This document shows positions 12,363 through 24,300 of a stretch of DNA of 64,000 nucleotides, piece after piece. The number at the start of each line of letters is the position of its first letter. Position 1 is the stretch's first letter. The notes below the pieces were generated by a model. That model did not search any database, had not been told where the DNA came from, and saw only the letters and a program-made list of their open reading frames with translations. A program made the translations under genes and the position numbers. The DNA comes from Macrostomum lignano (lineage: Eukaryota). The stretch lies in the NCBI GenBank assembly GCA_002269645.1, contig NIVC01000543.1, forward strand, positions 310,001 to 374,000, in the 5' to 3' direction.

Positions 12363-15300
12363 CTTAGTGTGCGAGGGGACAGCAGATGCCTTTTGATAAT
12401 TTCTTTAAACATTACAAGAATTACTTTAAGTGGCAAAAATTTGAGTCATCGAAGAAAAACCATGCAAGAACTGTTTAACTATGGAAACGGCGGCTTACCT
12501 CTGCAAAGAAAGCCTTGAGAAAATAGAAGGCGTCCTGGTCCACGATAAGCCGCACTGGCTGCAGCGAGACCATCAGTAAGCACTCGGCCTTGTGCGCGGC
12601 CGACTCAGATTTCTGGTGGGACAGCTTAAGCGACAGCATAGGGGTGTAGGTCTGCCTGGGCATGAGCTCGGACGTGTGGCGGTACAGAAAGCTGTTAATA
12701 GGGGAGGTGGCCACTTTGTCCAGAATTTCTAAATCCTCTATAATTACCACCTGTCGCTGCAGAGTTTGCGAGTCATCGGGGAATCGTGAGTGGCGGACAG
12801 ACAGCTTTTTAACTTGCAGCTGCATGCACTGGTCTGAGCGGCGGCCACAGGCAGATTGCTGTTTACTGGAAGTCGGCAGCTGGCGCGCTGAGTATGAAGC
12901 CGAGCTCTGAAGATAAGACAATGCTACTAACATTAATTTACTAGTGCTGATAGACAAAAACTTCATTTTATAAAAATGCTAAGCAAAGTACTATGTAGTA
13001 AAGTCCCAAATGCTTTCAGCACTTACAAGCGCGAGAGTGACGCTGTTTGAGGGAGTTGCGCGAAAGTCCAGCCCGCCGTACAGAGAAACGCTAAAGCTGA
13101 TGTCTCTAAGGGTGACCTGGTCCAGCGGAATCCCCAGCTGCTTTGGCTCCTTAAGTTTGTCAGCCCGGCCAGCAGGAACCGGATAAAAATGGTCATCGAT
13201 TCTGATTGGCTGCCGACATATTTTCTTCACCTCAAAGTCGCCGTTGCGAACGCTGAGTCCGAGGCCAGGCTCATCAACAATGGTGAATCCCAGGTCATCC
13301 TGGGACTCTTCAACGTGCTCATCAGCCTCGCCAGCTCGGGATCCAGCATCGCTTAGAGCCTCTTGAAGTTGCATGGGAATGCTCGACATCACGGAGCTAC
13401 TGAGTGCGCTGTTGTTACCTTCTGGCTGCTGCCGCTTCTGTAGCAAAGAGGATGAGCTGCAGCTTGACTCGTCCGCTGAATCACCAGGTTCTCCACTGCT
13501 AGTGGTGAGGTCACCTTCGTTGGCCAGGTGAGACATTAAGGATAGCAGTGCCTGCAGACTGTCTGAGCACAGATGAAACTGCAGCCCACGGCTGGAGCAG
13601 TTCAGAATGAACTTTGGTTTTCGCTGTGGAGCAGGCAATTGAAAATATGCGATATTCAGTGTAGATTGCGAGCAGGTGTATAATGTGATTCGTCAATACT
13701 CATCAGTTAAATGGGAGCAAAGCAATGTGCATTAAAAATCCTTACCAAGACACCAGTGGAATCGTTCATTCCAACATGTAATTCCAGAACTTCAAAGCCG
13801 GCAACGTGAGCATAGTCTGAAATCAAACAGGATAATGCTCGTTTGCTATTGAATAGTAGATAGGGAAAATTTACACCTTATTTTCGTCTCAAAATTCTTT
13901 GAGAAGTAACAGTCTGATCAGCACTCATTCCACGCGCATAATAAGATCTAATTTAGGTAAATGAATACCTCGCTTCCACTTGGCGGAGGCGGCCCGATCT
14001 GTCAAGTAGAGGTCAGCATTTTCAAAGAGGAAGTTGCAGGCGCTGCTGTTGGCCTCCAGCTGCACAGTGCTGCTGATGTAGGCGTTGCGGACAGTCAGAA
14101 TTGATCCGATCTGCAGCTTGGTTGGCCTGCAGGTGCGGATCAATTGCTAGCCGTGAGCAAATTCAATCTTCACATCGTGGGAACAGGACGGAAACACGAT
14201 GAGCCCAGCCTACTCTCAAAGCTACTAAAAAATAGATTACTTCGAGGCGCAACTGGTCAATGTTGCAAAGATAACTCACCGATAGTTCAGCGCGATGTCA
14301 CTGAAGCTCACATGCAGGGTAGTGCGAACCAGGGGCGCACTGTAGCCCTCGATGGGGTAGTCCAGCAGTTCGAACATGTTCATTAGCTGGCTCAACCAGA
14401 ATTGCTGCCTGGGCTGCATTCGGTAGTGCAGGGCGGCCCGCGAGACCAGGAGGGCGATGGAGCACTCCTTTAGTCGTGACTTAAGCTCAGCGTCCACCGC
14501 CAAACTCAGCATCGGCTGTCGACGTCGGCTGCTGAACTGCATCTTTTCGGTTGCTGACCCTGCCATGTGACTGTTGGGTGAGAGCACCAGCTGCAGCTGC
14601 TCAGGTAACGGTGCTGTGAGCTGGTGGAAGCAGGGCTCTGAGAAGAAGCTCAAAGGCACGAGGCCTGGAATTAGTAAACGTATATTAAGACAAAGTAAAC
14701 AATTATATCTGAGTTAAGAAGTACACTAAAAAGAAAAAACTTACCAGCATGATACAGACTAAAATCTCCCAGAGCAACGGTAGTATAAACTTTGTTAGGA
14801 TTGCCTCCATGACCAGAGACTGTGAAGACCTCCGCATCCGTGAAGTCCAGCAATACGGCGCCCGCCTGTTGCGCCTGGGGCTGCGGATTCTCCAGATCTC
14901 GGGGACAAAGCGGCAAGTTTCCGACCAGCCGACCAGACTGAATAGAGATGGAAAGACAGAGGTCTGACTGCTGCTGCGGAGAACCCCGGAAGCCAAGCTT
15001 GTTAGATGACTTGCGGGATTCATCTTCATCTTCGCTTCCTGACCAAATGAGAAACGAAACGGCCGATATAATAAGTACACAGTGTAAACCAAGACCAAAG
15101 AATTGCAAACTGAGAAATCTCACCTCCGGCTGAGAGAGAAAACCTAAATGAGGTGAACTGCTGAGAAAACGAGGCCCCAGAGCTGCCAAGCATCTCCGCA
15201 AAGTTGATATGCGCAGGTAGGAAAGTCCGTTGGTCACACTGGGCTGGCGCAGCTGGCTGCCAAAGTGTGAGATCATTGAGCAGCCGGTTATACAGCATTT

Positions 15301-18300
15301 CTAGATTTGACTGACAGTCAAGGTTGATGAGGCAGCGGGCCAGAGTCAGCTCAAACACCAGGCGAGAGTTCGCAGCAGAGTTGGTGCGGAACTCGGACAT
15401 CTCTGCGGGGTCGGCAGGCAGTACGCGAGACTCCCATACGAAACTGGACTGGCCGTTGCCGCCACCCTTGCCGATAAGGTCCCGCTTGGAGGAGAAGGGT
15501 GTGGCACCCCAGGCGGGGTTGAGCAGTATTGAGTCCATTGGCGGGGTGCCAAGGGTGCCCAAGCCGCTGGGAGGAGCGGAAGCAGCATTGGAGTCGAAGC
15601 CGATTGAGTCGGGCAAGAGCCGCAGGTTGCGGGCGGGTCTCATGCGGATGTGCAAGCGGGCAGCCTCGCTGATGCCGTCTACAGCCTGCGCAGCCTCGGG
15701 CGAGCAGCGCCAGGCCTCTGCGAAACGAATTTGCTCGGTCTCTGAGCACAGCGTGGCGATCAGGCCGTCGGCACAAGTCGCCTCCAGAGCGAAGTCGGCA
15801 TCGGTCTGCAGGCTCGCCAGGAGGGTGAGCTGCCGCAGGCGCAGCTCCAGCCACTCCGAGCGGACCACCTTTTTGTACCAGCGGGTCTGGCGCTGGCCAC
15901 TCGGTCGCAGGTCTGGCACAGGAAAGTACAGCCGCAGCAGAGCCTGCGGCGACTCGACTCGAATTTCTGACCGCTCGGTATCGCTGAAGTTGCCTCCCGC
16001 GCAGTCGCCACCTTTCAGAGAAATTTCGGAAGCCACTGAGGAGAATGGCTGCTGATCGAACATCTGATTCTGATGCATATCCTGAGAGTCAAAGAAACAG
16101 GCGTAAATATTATGGCTAACCTGCCCCGTCATTCCCGAGCTACTTCTGCCCGCCTTTGAATTGTCCTATTTAGCCTGCTTAGCTATTTTGTTGTTTTCAA
16201 TCTAGTTTGCAATGAACGACGATGCCAAGGTAATGCAAAGTTTCACGAGTAAATTTTAACTAGAATATTTGAACAAGGTGCAAAAACTTGTACCTGGGAA
16301 TCGTAGCGTGCAGGCTGGGAAAAATCGAAGGCCTCCTTAAGAGCAGCCAACCGATCAATAAGCGTTAGGTCCACATCGATGAGACAGCTCGCTAGACTCA
16401 ACTTAACGCTGCTCAGCCTGTCTAGTTCTCGGCCGCGCTGCGGGGAGTTTCATTTTTTCATTAGTGCATTGGTATTCACACATTCAGCTATTGATAGTAG
16501 CTAAATTCTAAAATATTATACAATAAAATTAGATTATAAAATAAAATTAGTCTTATCAAATCAGTTATTCATCGCTGATTAACTAAATAGGAAGCTGGCA
16601 AATGCAGAGTGAAATGCAGTTTCACTGGCCGCCATGCTAAGCAGAAATAAACAAACCAAACGAAACTGCATGGCGCCTGATCAGACAATCATTCCACGAT
16701 TTGTGCAAACATCTGCCAGCTTTTCGAATACTGCAATGCAATACTTCTTACGTGCGAATGTACACACAGATACGCAGGTGGAAATCGCAGTCCGGTATCA
16801 ATAGAAACTGCTAATTACTAAGAGCAGAAACGGACTAACATGCCACCCCAGCGTGCCATCCCCGCCCTGTTATTGCTTACATGCCGCTCGGTTTGAACAA
16901 AGTCTATTCTTATGCTGGGCTGGCTGGAGTGCAGCGACTGCTCCGGAAAAGCAACAACCTGTCGAAATGAAGAAAAGGGTTTGTATACGATTTATTTAGA
17001 AAATTAGAAGAGTTATTTTGAAACTTTCAATACAAGTTGATAGTCCAATCCCCTATTAATTTAAAATATAGACTTGAAAATATGCAAATTTCTCTAATCA
17101 ATGAACAAAAATACTAACATTTGATAAAGCAGCACTCGACACTGGACAAAATACTGTCGAAAGAAAACAAACAAAGTTTAACATTAAATTATGGAAAAAG
17201 AATAATGGTGTGCGAAAGTTGATCAGACTGCATAGTCGTTTCGCCCCTGCAGACACCGTCAACCAACTAAACGAGCGAGACGGGTCAACAAAGAGGGCCG
17301 CCCGGATAGGTCCAAACAAAGCAAATTACAGCTGCAATTGATTCTAAACGCAGCGAATGACTCAGCTGTTAAGACAACTCACAATGCACTACCCGATTCA
17401 TTCAGCTGCGGCCATAATAAGACGGCTAGACTAACTTATACTCGCTCGCAAGCGGTCGACTCGCAATAGTTCTCAAAAATATTGATATTAGATATGAATG
17501 CTGAGTGTTATGAGTTACTGTAATAGGGTCCCTTGTCTTGTCAGTCAGAGCAACTTAGTGGTTCCAATTTCCCATAAACGCTGCGTGTTTGTCATTGAAA
17601 GTAAAGTACATTGGAGCTTTTAGAAATTCGAAATAAATCCCGCGTTTAAAGCAATATGCTTATCACAAAACAGCAAGTAAACTGTTTTTTATTAGTGACA
17701 GCAAAGCTGAAGTATCGGCATTCAGCAAAACACGTATAGAAAAAGCATAATTTTAAAACTTATTAGGATTTAGACAGACAACTTAGTTTCAGATCGATGA
17801 AAAGGGTGCCTATACTAAATTCAGGTTTAGTCCGGGGTAGACAAAATCCAAAAAAGAACGAGAAAATATCTGTTCGCTATTAATGTAAAAAGCACGAAGT
17901 ATTTTGGAATTCACTCTACATGTACGAACGTACATTGGTGCATTGGATAGGAGTTGCTCTCGCTCAACTCAGGTGAAGTGAGGGCAGGCGGAAGACTGAG
18001 ACGGCAGGGAGTAGCGGGATAAAGGCGAGACGCACAAAAATTGCAGGCTGCCAGGCAAGATTTGTACACCAGACTGCCCGCTTATTTCTCTCTTTTTTAC
18101 CCGTCCTTAACAGGTCCTGTAGCTGGCTAGACAGAAAGAGCAGATGGGAGAGAGCAGTTGCGATGAGTCATGCTTGAATTCTCACCCTTCTCTGTTTATG
18201 CGGTGTACTGAGAAGCCAAGCTGGCGGTCAGAAGAGAGCAGAGGACAATGGCGCATTGAACGGGCCCTCCACCCCTCTGCCCAAGCAAAGGAAGGAAACG

Positions 18301-21300
18301 CCTCTTCGCCTTATAAGAGCTGAGCGCATTACTGCAGTCAGCTTTAAGGAAATGTGCAGTCAGAGACCACCCACAAAGGCTATTGAATTTACTAAGCCAA
18401 AAAAACTAGTCACCTACCGAAACAGGAAATCGCAAACATAATATTTATTTTAAAAGCCGGAAAGCCTCATGTTTTGAGCTCAGAGAAAAATTCACTGTCA
18501 CAAACGACAAACGGTCTCAAAACCATTACGCAACAAAGCAGGTATGATCAGCCTTCAGAGATCAGAATTGTTTGTTGTATTCTGCATGAACATGGCAGTT
18601 GCGTTGAACAGTGCGCTTTACTTATCGCAAGAGAACTACGCCCCGTGCTCATTTACTTCGAGTCCTTTTCGAATTCTTGATTGCTCAAACAAAGATCTCA
18701 GTGATGTGCCGCAAGTGGACCGCTTAATGGCAGTAAGCGCTTTCTACTTGGATGGCAATCCGATCAAATCAATTGGACCCAGCGCATTCGCCAATATGAG
18801 CAGCAGTCTCTCGTTCTTGTCACTCACATCGACAGTTGCAATGGACCGCATCGATGACGCGGCTTTCACGAGTCTGACAGCCCTTACCAGCCTGAACGTG
18901 GAAGCCACAAAAGGGAACGAGTTAAGCATGAATAAGGTAAATATTGACAAGTTGTTCTCTGGTCTAAAAAACTTGGCGACTGTCAGAATGGTCAGTGTTA
19001 ACATTAAAGAACTGCCAATCAGCTTTGGAGGCGGAACAAATATCGGAAACGTGTCATTTGTGCGCGCTGCTATAGCTACAATAGACCTCTATGCATTCTC
19101 GAATGCATCCAACCTACGCTCCTTAGATCTAAGCAACAATCCGCTAAATTTGGCTTCGACGAAAATGAACTGGCTAGGCTCAGCAGAGAACCTCGAGACT
19201 GTAACGCTAAGTACATGCGAAATAACAAGCGAAAACCTCGGTCAGATACCATCCATGCCGAAACTGAGGAGGCTTGATCTTAGGTTAAACAAGTTGAAAA
19301 GGCTAGACACAAACTCTCTAGTCAATGTAGCGTCATCACTTGAAGAATTAGTGCTGAGCAGCAATCAGATTTCCGACGTAAGCACTCAAGGATTAGCAAA
19401 CTTGGCTTCATTAAAGCAACTCATCATGATCAGCAATTTAAACATCAATGCAATTCCCCCAGAAATCAAACAGCTATCAAACCTTGAACTCTTAGACCTT
19501 CGAGGCACAAAAGTAGCTGGAATACAAGCGGATAGTTTTCACACTAACTCGAAGCTCAAGATACTAAAACTGGACTACACAAATGTGCATTCATTCCATG
19601 CATTAGCATTTGCACGTGCAGCAAACCTAGAAGAGTTTACTGTATCAGCCGGATCCTTAAGTACATCAGCCATATTAGATACAGCAGGAACTCAGCGGCC
19701 CGGCAACTGGTCAGTTATTCTTACTGAGATTCCGCGAATAAAGGTACTTTCGCTCAGTGGCATCGGAATGAATGCAAATGAAAGAGGCGGCATTACAGAC
19801 GGTATCTGGAGCAGTCTGATTTTGCTACCTAGCCTTCAAAAACTGACGCTCGAAAAAAATAAACTATCTTCAATACCAGATTTTTATTTCTCGTATTTCC
19901 GAAACCTGACCTATGTGAATCTAAGAAACAATAACATCAGTAAGCTAACATCGGCATCGATGTATGGCCTGGGAGCGACAAAGCTGCTTCTACAAAACAA
20001 CTATCTATCCTATATGGATAACTGCACTCTGTCAATGTTTGAAAAATTGGATAGCGTCTCTCTTGGTGGAAATCCCTTTTATTGTGGCTGTGCCATGCAG
20101 TGGCTTTGGCGGAGAGTTTCTGCAGAGATTGCGATTAATCTTGTCAGCATGCAGTGCTCTTCACCAGCGAAACTTTCTGGAAGAACTTGGAACACTCTTA
20201 GTGAAAGCGACTTCTGCGACTTGGGAGAAACAGCACCAAACAATTGCAGCATTCAAATACCAACAACTGAGTCTCCCACAACATTTTCTTACTTGTTGGA
20301 CATCAAAATCACTAAAGATACTGAATCGACCGTGAGGCTGGAAGCTAATTTAGATAGACTGGTAGGAAAATTTTCAGCATACTTTATTAGGTACTGGCTG
20401 ATTTCGCAACCGGAAGTTGTTTTTAATACAAGCCTGATGCCACTCAAAGCTGCTGTAACGACGTTGAGGGCCAGAGTAAACGAGAAATATCGCTACTGCT
20501 ACGTGCTTTCTAATGGCACTAGCCAGTTACTCGAAAGTTTGGCTAACTGCAGAGATTTCACTTTGACTGGATTGGCCAGTGCAGCTGTGATAGCAATATC
20601 TGTACTTGCGGCAATACTTGGAATTGCATTGATTTTTGTCATTGTCTGTCTTGTGTGCAAAAAGCTGCGGCACAGACAAAGCACTCAAATGAGGGGGTAC
20701 ACTGAAGAGGACCCATATGCATACGTCTACCCGGATGAAAAGCAGGTGGGCAAGCAGCCACCAAATAAAAGCCAATTTCAGGCTACTCTCCGGCCAGAAA
20801 GCAAAAGATTTAGCAAGCGCAGCAGACCAAATTTATCTGGCTCAAGACCCAGCCTGGCGACTTCAACAACTACACTAGCTACACCACGGATGAGCAGCTC
20901 CGGGTTTGCAATTCAGAACGGTGCAAGACCAATGTCAGGACAATCTATGAATCAGCAGCACCACCAGAATCCCAGGCTGCTAAGAGAAGGAGTGCAACCC
21001 AGCCAGTCTATGCTAAGTATTGCTAATGACAAACGAGCCCGTCCAGAGCAGCACACGCAACAGCAGCTGAGCAGAAGCCAGGACCATCTTAGCGGTGTCT
21101 CTGAAAGAGGGAGAAGCAGTCGTGCGCTACCGCCGGCACCTAGACAAGCCCACAGCCAGGAGCTGGTGCTGGATGTCAGCCAGGCAGTCGGTCGGTTTAA
21201 ACATCTGCAACAGTACCCAGAGCAGCCGCCGTCACTTCCACCACCAAGAAGTCGACTGCTATCTTTGGCTTCTGAGCAGCAGCAGCAGCAGCCACAGCCT

Positions 21301-24300
21301 CTGAGCTATACAGGATACTACGGAGACGGCGCCTATCTGCCAATGTCCCAAGCAACTGCTGGGTGTCTGGGCGAATCAAGCACTGACCAGGACCACAGAC
21401 TTCAGACACCAGTGTCACTAGCCTACAACGAGTACTTGCCTGACAATGAGGCACAACACGGATTTTCGCATTCGGACAGAGTCGCTGGCGGAGTCGATAA
21501 CTCGGCATTCCAAAGGCACGAGACATCTGGCTACTACGAGATGGGGCAGTTTTGAATGGCAAGTTTCCAAAGACTTGGTAAGCTTTTTAAAATATTAGAG
21601 ACAATATATTTTGGTTGATATAATTCGCATCAGTCGTAGCGCTAGCATTGAAGAAAAGTCTAACGAGCTTAGAAATACCCAGTAGTTCGAATGAAATAAT
21701 AGTTAACAAAATACACGAGTTCAAAAGGAATTCATAAGTTTAGAAATAAATGCCTTTTAGTTAGAGGCAAAAGCGGCTGTGTGCATCCTGGCGCACTTCG
21801 AGCAACATTTTCACACAACCGGCAAGAGACACTACTGCCCATTTGACAGACTCCCCTGAGCAGGCACACAACAATCGTGCGGATACGTACGCAGTCATAT
21901 GCACAGGCACACACTCACACAGGAGTGCACAGCCGTCCTAACTTATTTATCCTTAGGCATGTGCCTTAACGCCCTTAGGTTGGGCCTCAAGGGCGTTAAT
22001 TGCACGGGCAGACCCAAGCCGAGATTTCAATTCAGCCCCAAAAGAATGTGACTGCACTTAGAATCGAGCTTGGGCTACTAACATAAGAGTGCAAGGGGGG
22101 CCGTAGCCTAGCAGTCTAGCGCAGGCTCTGGTGTGCCAGCGATCCAGGCTCGATTCCAAGTGCAGTCACATTAATTTGGGGCTAAATTGGAATCTCGGCT
22201 TGGCTCTGCTCGTGCAATTAACGGCCTTGAGAGCCAACCCCCCAAGGCGCAGTGAAGTGTACATGCCTAACGATAAAGTGGGTTGGGGCCGCTGTACACT
22301 CCTGTGTGTGTGTGTGCCTGCGTACGTATCCGCGCGCTTGTGTGCCTGCTCAGGGGAGTGGGCGGAATGGGCAGTAATGCCTCTCGCCGGTTGTGTGCCT
22401 ATGTCGCTTAAAGTGCGCCAGGGTTGCACACAACCCCCCTGCCTAATAAAAAAAACATAAGAGTGCCGCGCTAAGGCCACGGACTAGGCTACGCCCCCGT
22501 TAGGAATTAACGCACTTTACGAAGTACATATGCACTTTTAATTAATTTTACCTTTAAGTAATTTACCTTTTCTCATGTTTCTAAGTCTATAGACAAAACA
22601 AATGCATAAAAGATTAGCCTCATCATCTTGCACCTGAAACCAATGTAAAATGACACCCCCTATCTTTTCTGTGATAATTTTGTTCTTTGAGAATAACTCA
22701 ATTATTTTGTCTTTTCACTTCTCTTTTGTACAGAAACTTGTGTGAAACATTGCATGCGCCTCATTATTTTTTCTCATGGATTGCTGTTTCTTCATATACT
22801 TGTGACCCTATAAACGTATTTTAAATTTTAATTTAACTCCTGAATGCTTTGCTAGTAAATAAAACAATAATCAGAGCGTGGAAATAAATGAATCCGCGGT
22901 CAATTAAACTCTATTATTGCTGGTACAATTTCGAAGTGAACTATTATTAATTCTCTAGGGCGTCGAGCCCGATCTCACAAAGCTAGCTGCGCACTACAAT
23001 AACTGCCTCAATACTGTAACTTTAAAACAAGATAAAAACATAAAACATATACGTATATTAATACTAATACAATAATAAATTTTGGACCAACAACTCACAA
23101 AGTTCTAAAGAATTCAATTCTTGCACCTAAGGGAAGCTATTCGTTTGATGTAAGGAAACTGCAGAACAATAAAAACTCACATCGCATACGCGGGGCACCA
23201 AGTCCGATGGCTTCGGTAGTGCTAGCGTCGGCTCCGCTTTGCGCTCGAACAGAGTCTCAGTGAAGTCCGCGAGTCCCATTGATACAGACAGACTGGACTT
23301 GCCTAGCTGCCGGGACTCCTCCAGTGTGTAAGTCAGCTTTAGCGGTCTAGCTAAGAATCTGTAATGATGTTTGGATTTCGGCGCCGGAATTTTTAAGCAA
23401 TAAATCTAAACATAAATTAGCCCATATGTGCGAAAAATTGTGCAGTACCCAACCCTACAGATATTCGTTAGTGAAAAGGTAACAGAAACTCCAAAATGGG
23501 AAAACTCCATTAACTAAAACCCATGCAGTATTTTAACTAAAAAATTATTGCCTATCATGCGCAATATGACCAAGTAGTGTAGTTAATATATCATACCTAA
23601 ACTGGCAGAAATGGAACTAGCATGTGCGTCCGACTAAAAAGTGTACGTACACTTAACTTTAACAACCTGGAACAAGCACTTGTGGAACAGGCTCGATATC
23701 GGAATAAGAGCACAGCGTAGACTATCAGCTCTCAATATTTTTGCTTGCTAAGTTGCTTCGATAGTCTAGCGACCTCCTTCCATTTATCCACGTCCTCGCC
23801 AGCCTCTCTTACGCCATCAGTACAGCACACAGCTGTTAGGCTGAGAGCAAGGTTCATGCCAAAACTTTTTTTGGTCTTGAACTTTTGCCCGTGTAAAATT
23901 ACACACGTCTTGAACATTGGCCATGGCCCTATTTGGTAGGTCGACAGTCAGCATTGTTATTGCGCTGCAATTGCCATGGCCATGGCACATGGCAAAAAGG
24001 TTCGAGGCCCACTCAAGTAAAGATTACTTGTAATTGGAGGGATCTCAATATATTTATTGAGGGACCTCAAGGATCTCAATATACTTCCAGCGCGCGAAAT
24101 GAAGTACATAATGTTCTTAAGCGCTTTATCAGACTGAACAATAAGCAAAAATCTCCTGCTTTAAAATGCTTAATTAAATTAAGTAGTATGCTACGCATAT
24201 TTCCTAATTCAATTTTAAACCCTATTGAAGCAAACGAAAACAACTGAGCCTCTCCAGAGGCATGGCTTACCCTAGATGGTCATGAGGACAGAGGTCAACC

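Noticed and set aside
16752-16807. Possible extra ATG2 exon (AG...GTAAG bounded, 56 nt)
   Set aside because: Not needed for phase continuity and no recognisable ATG2 similarity; needs RNA-seq
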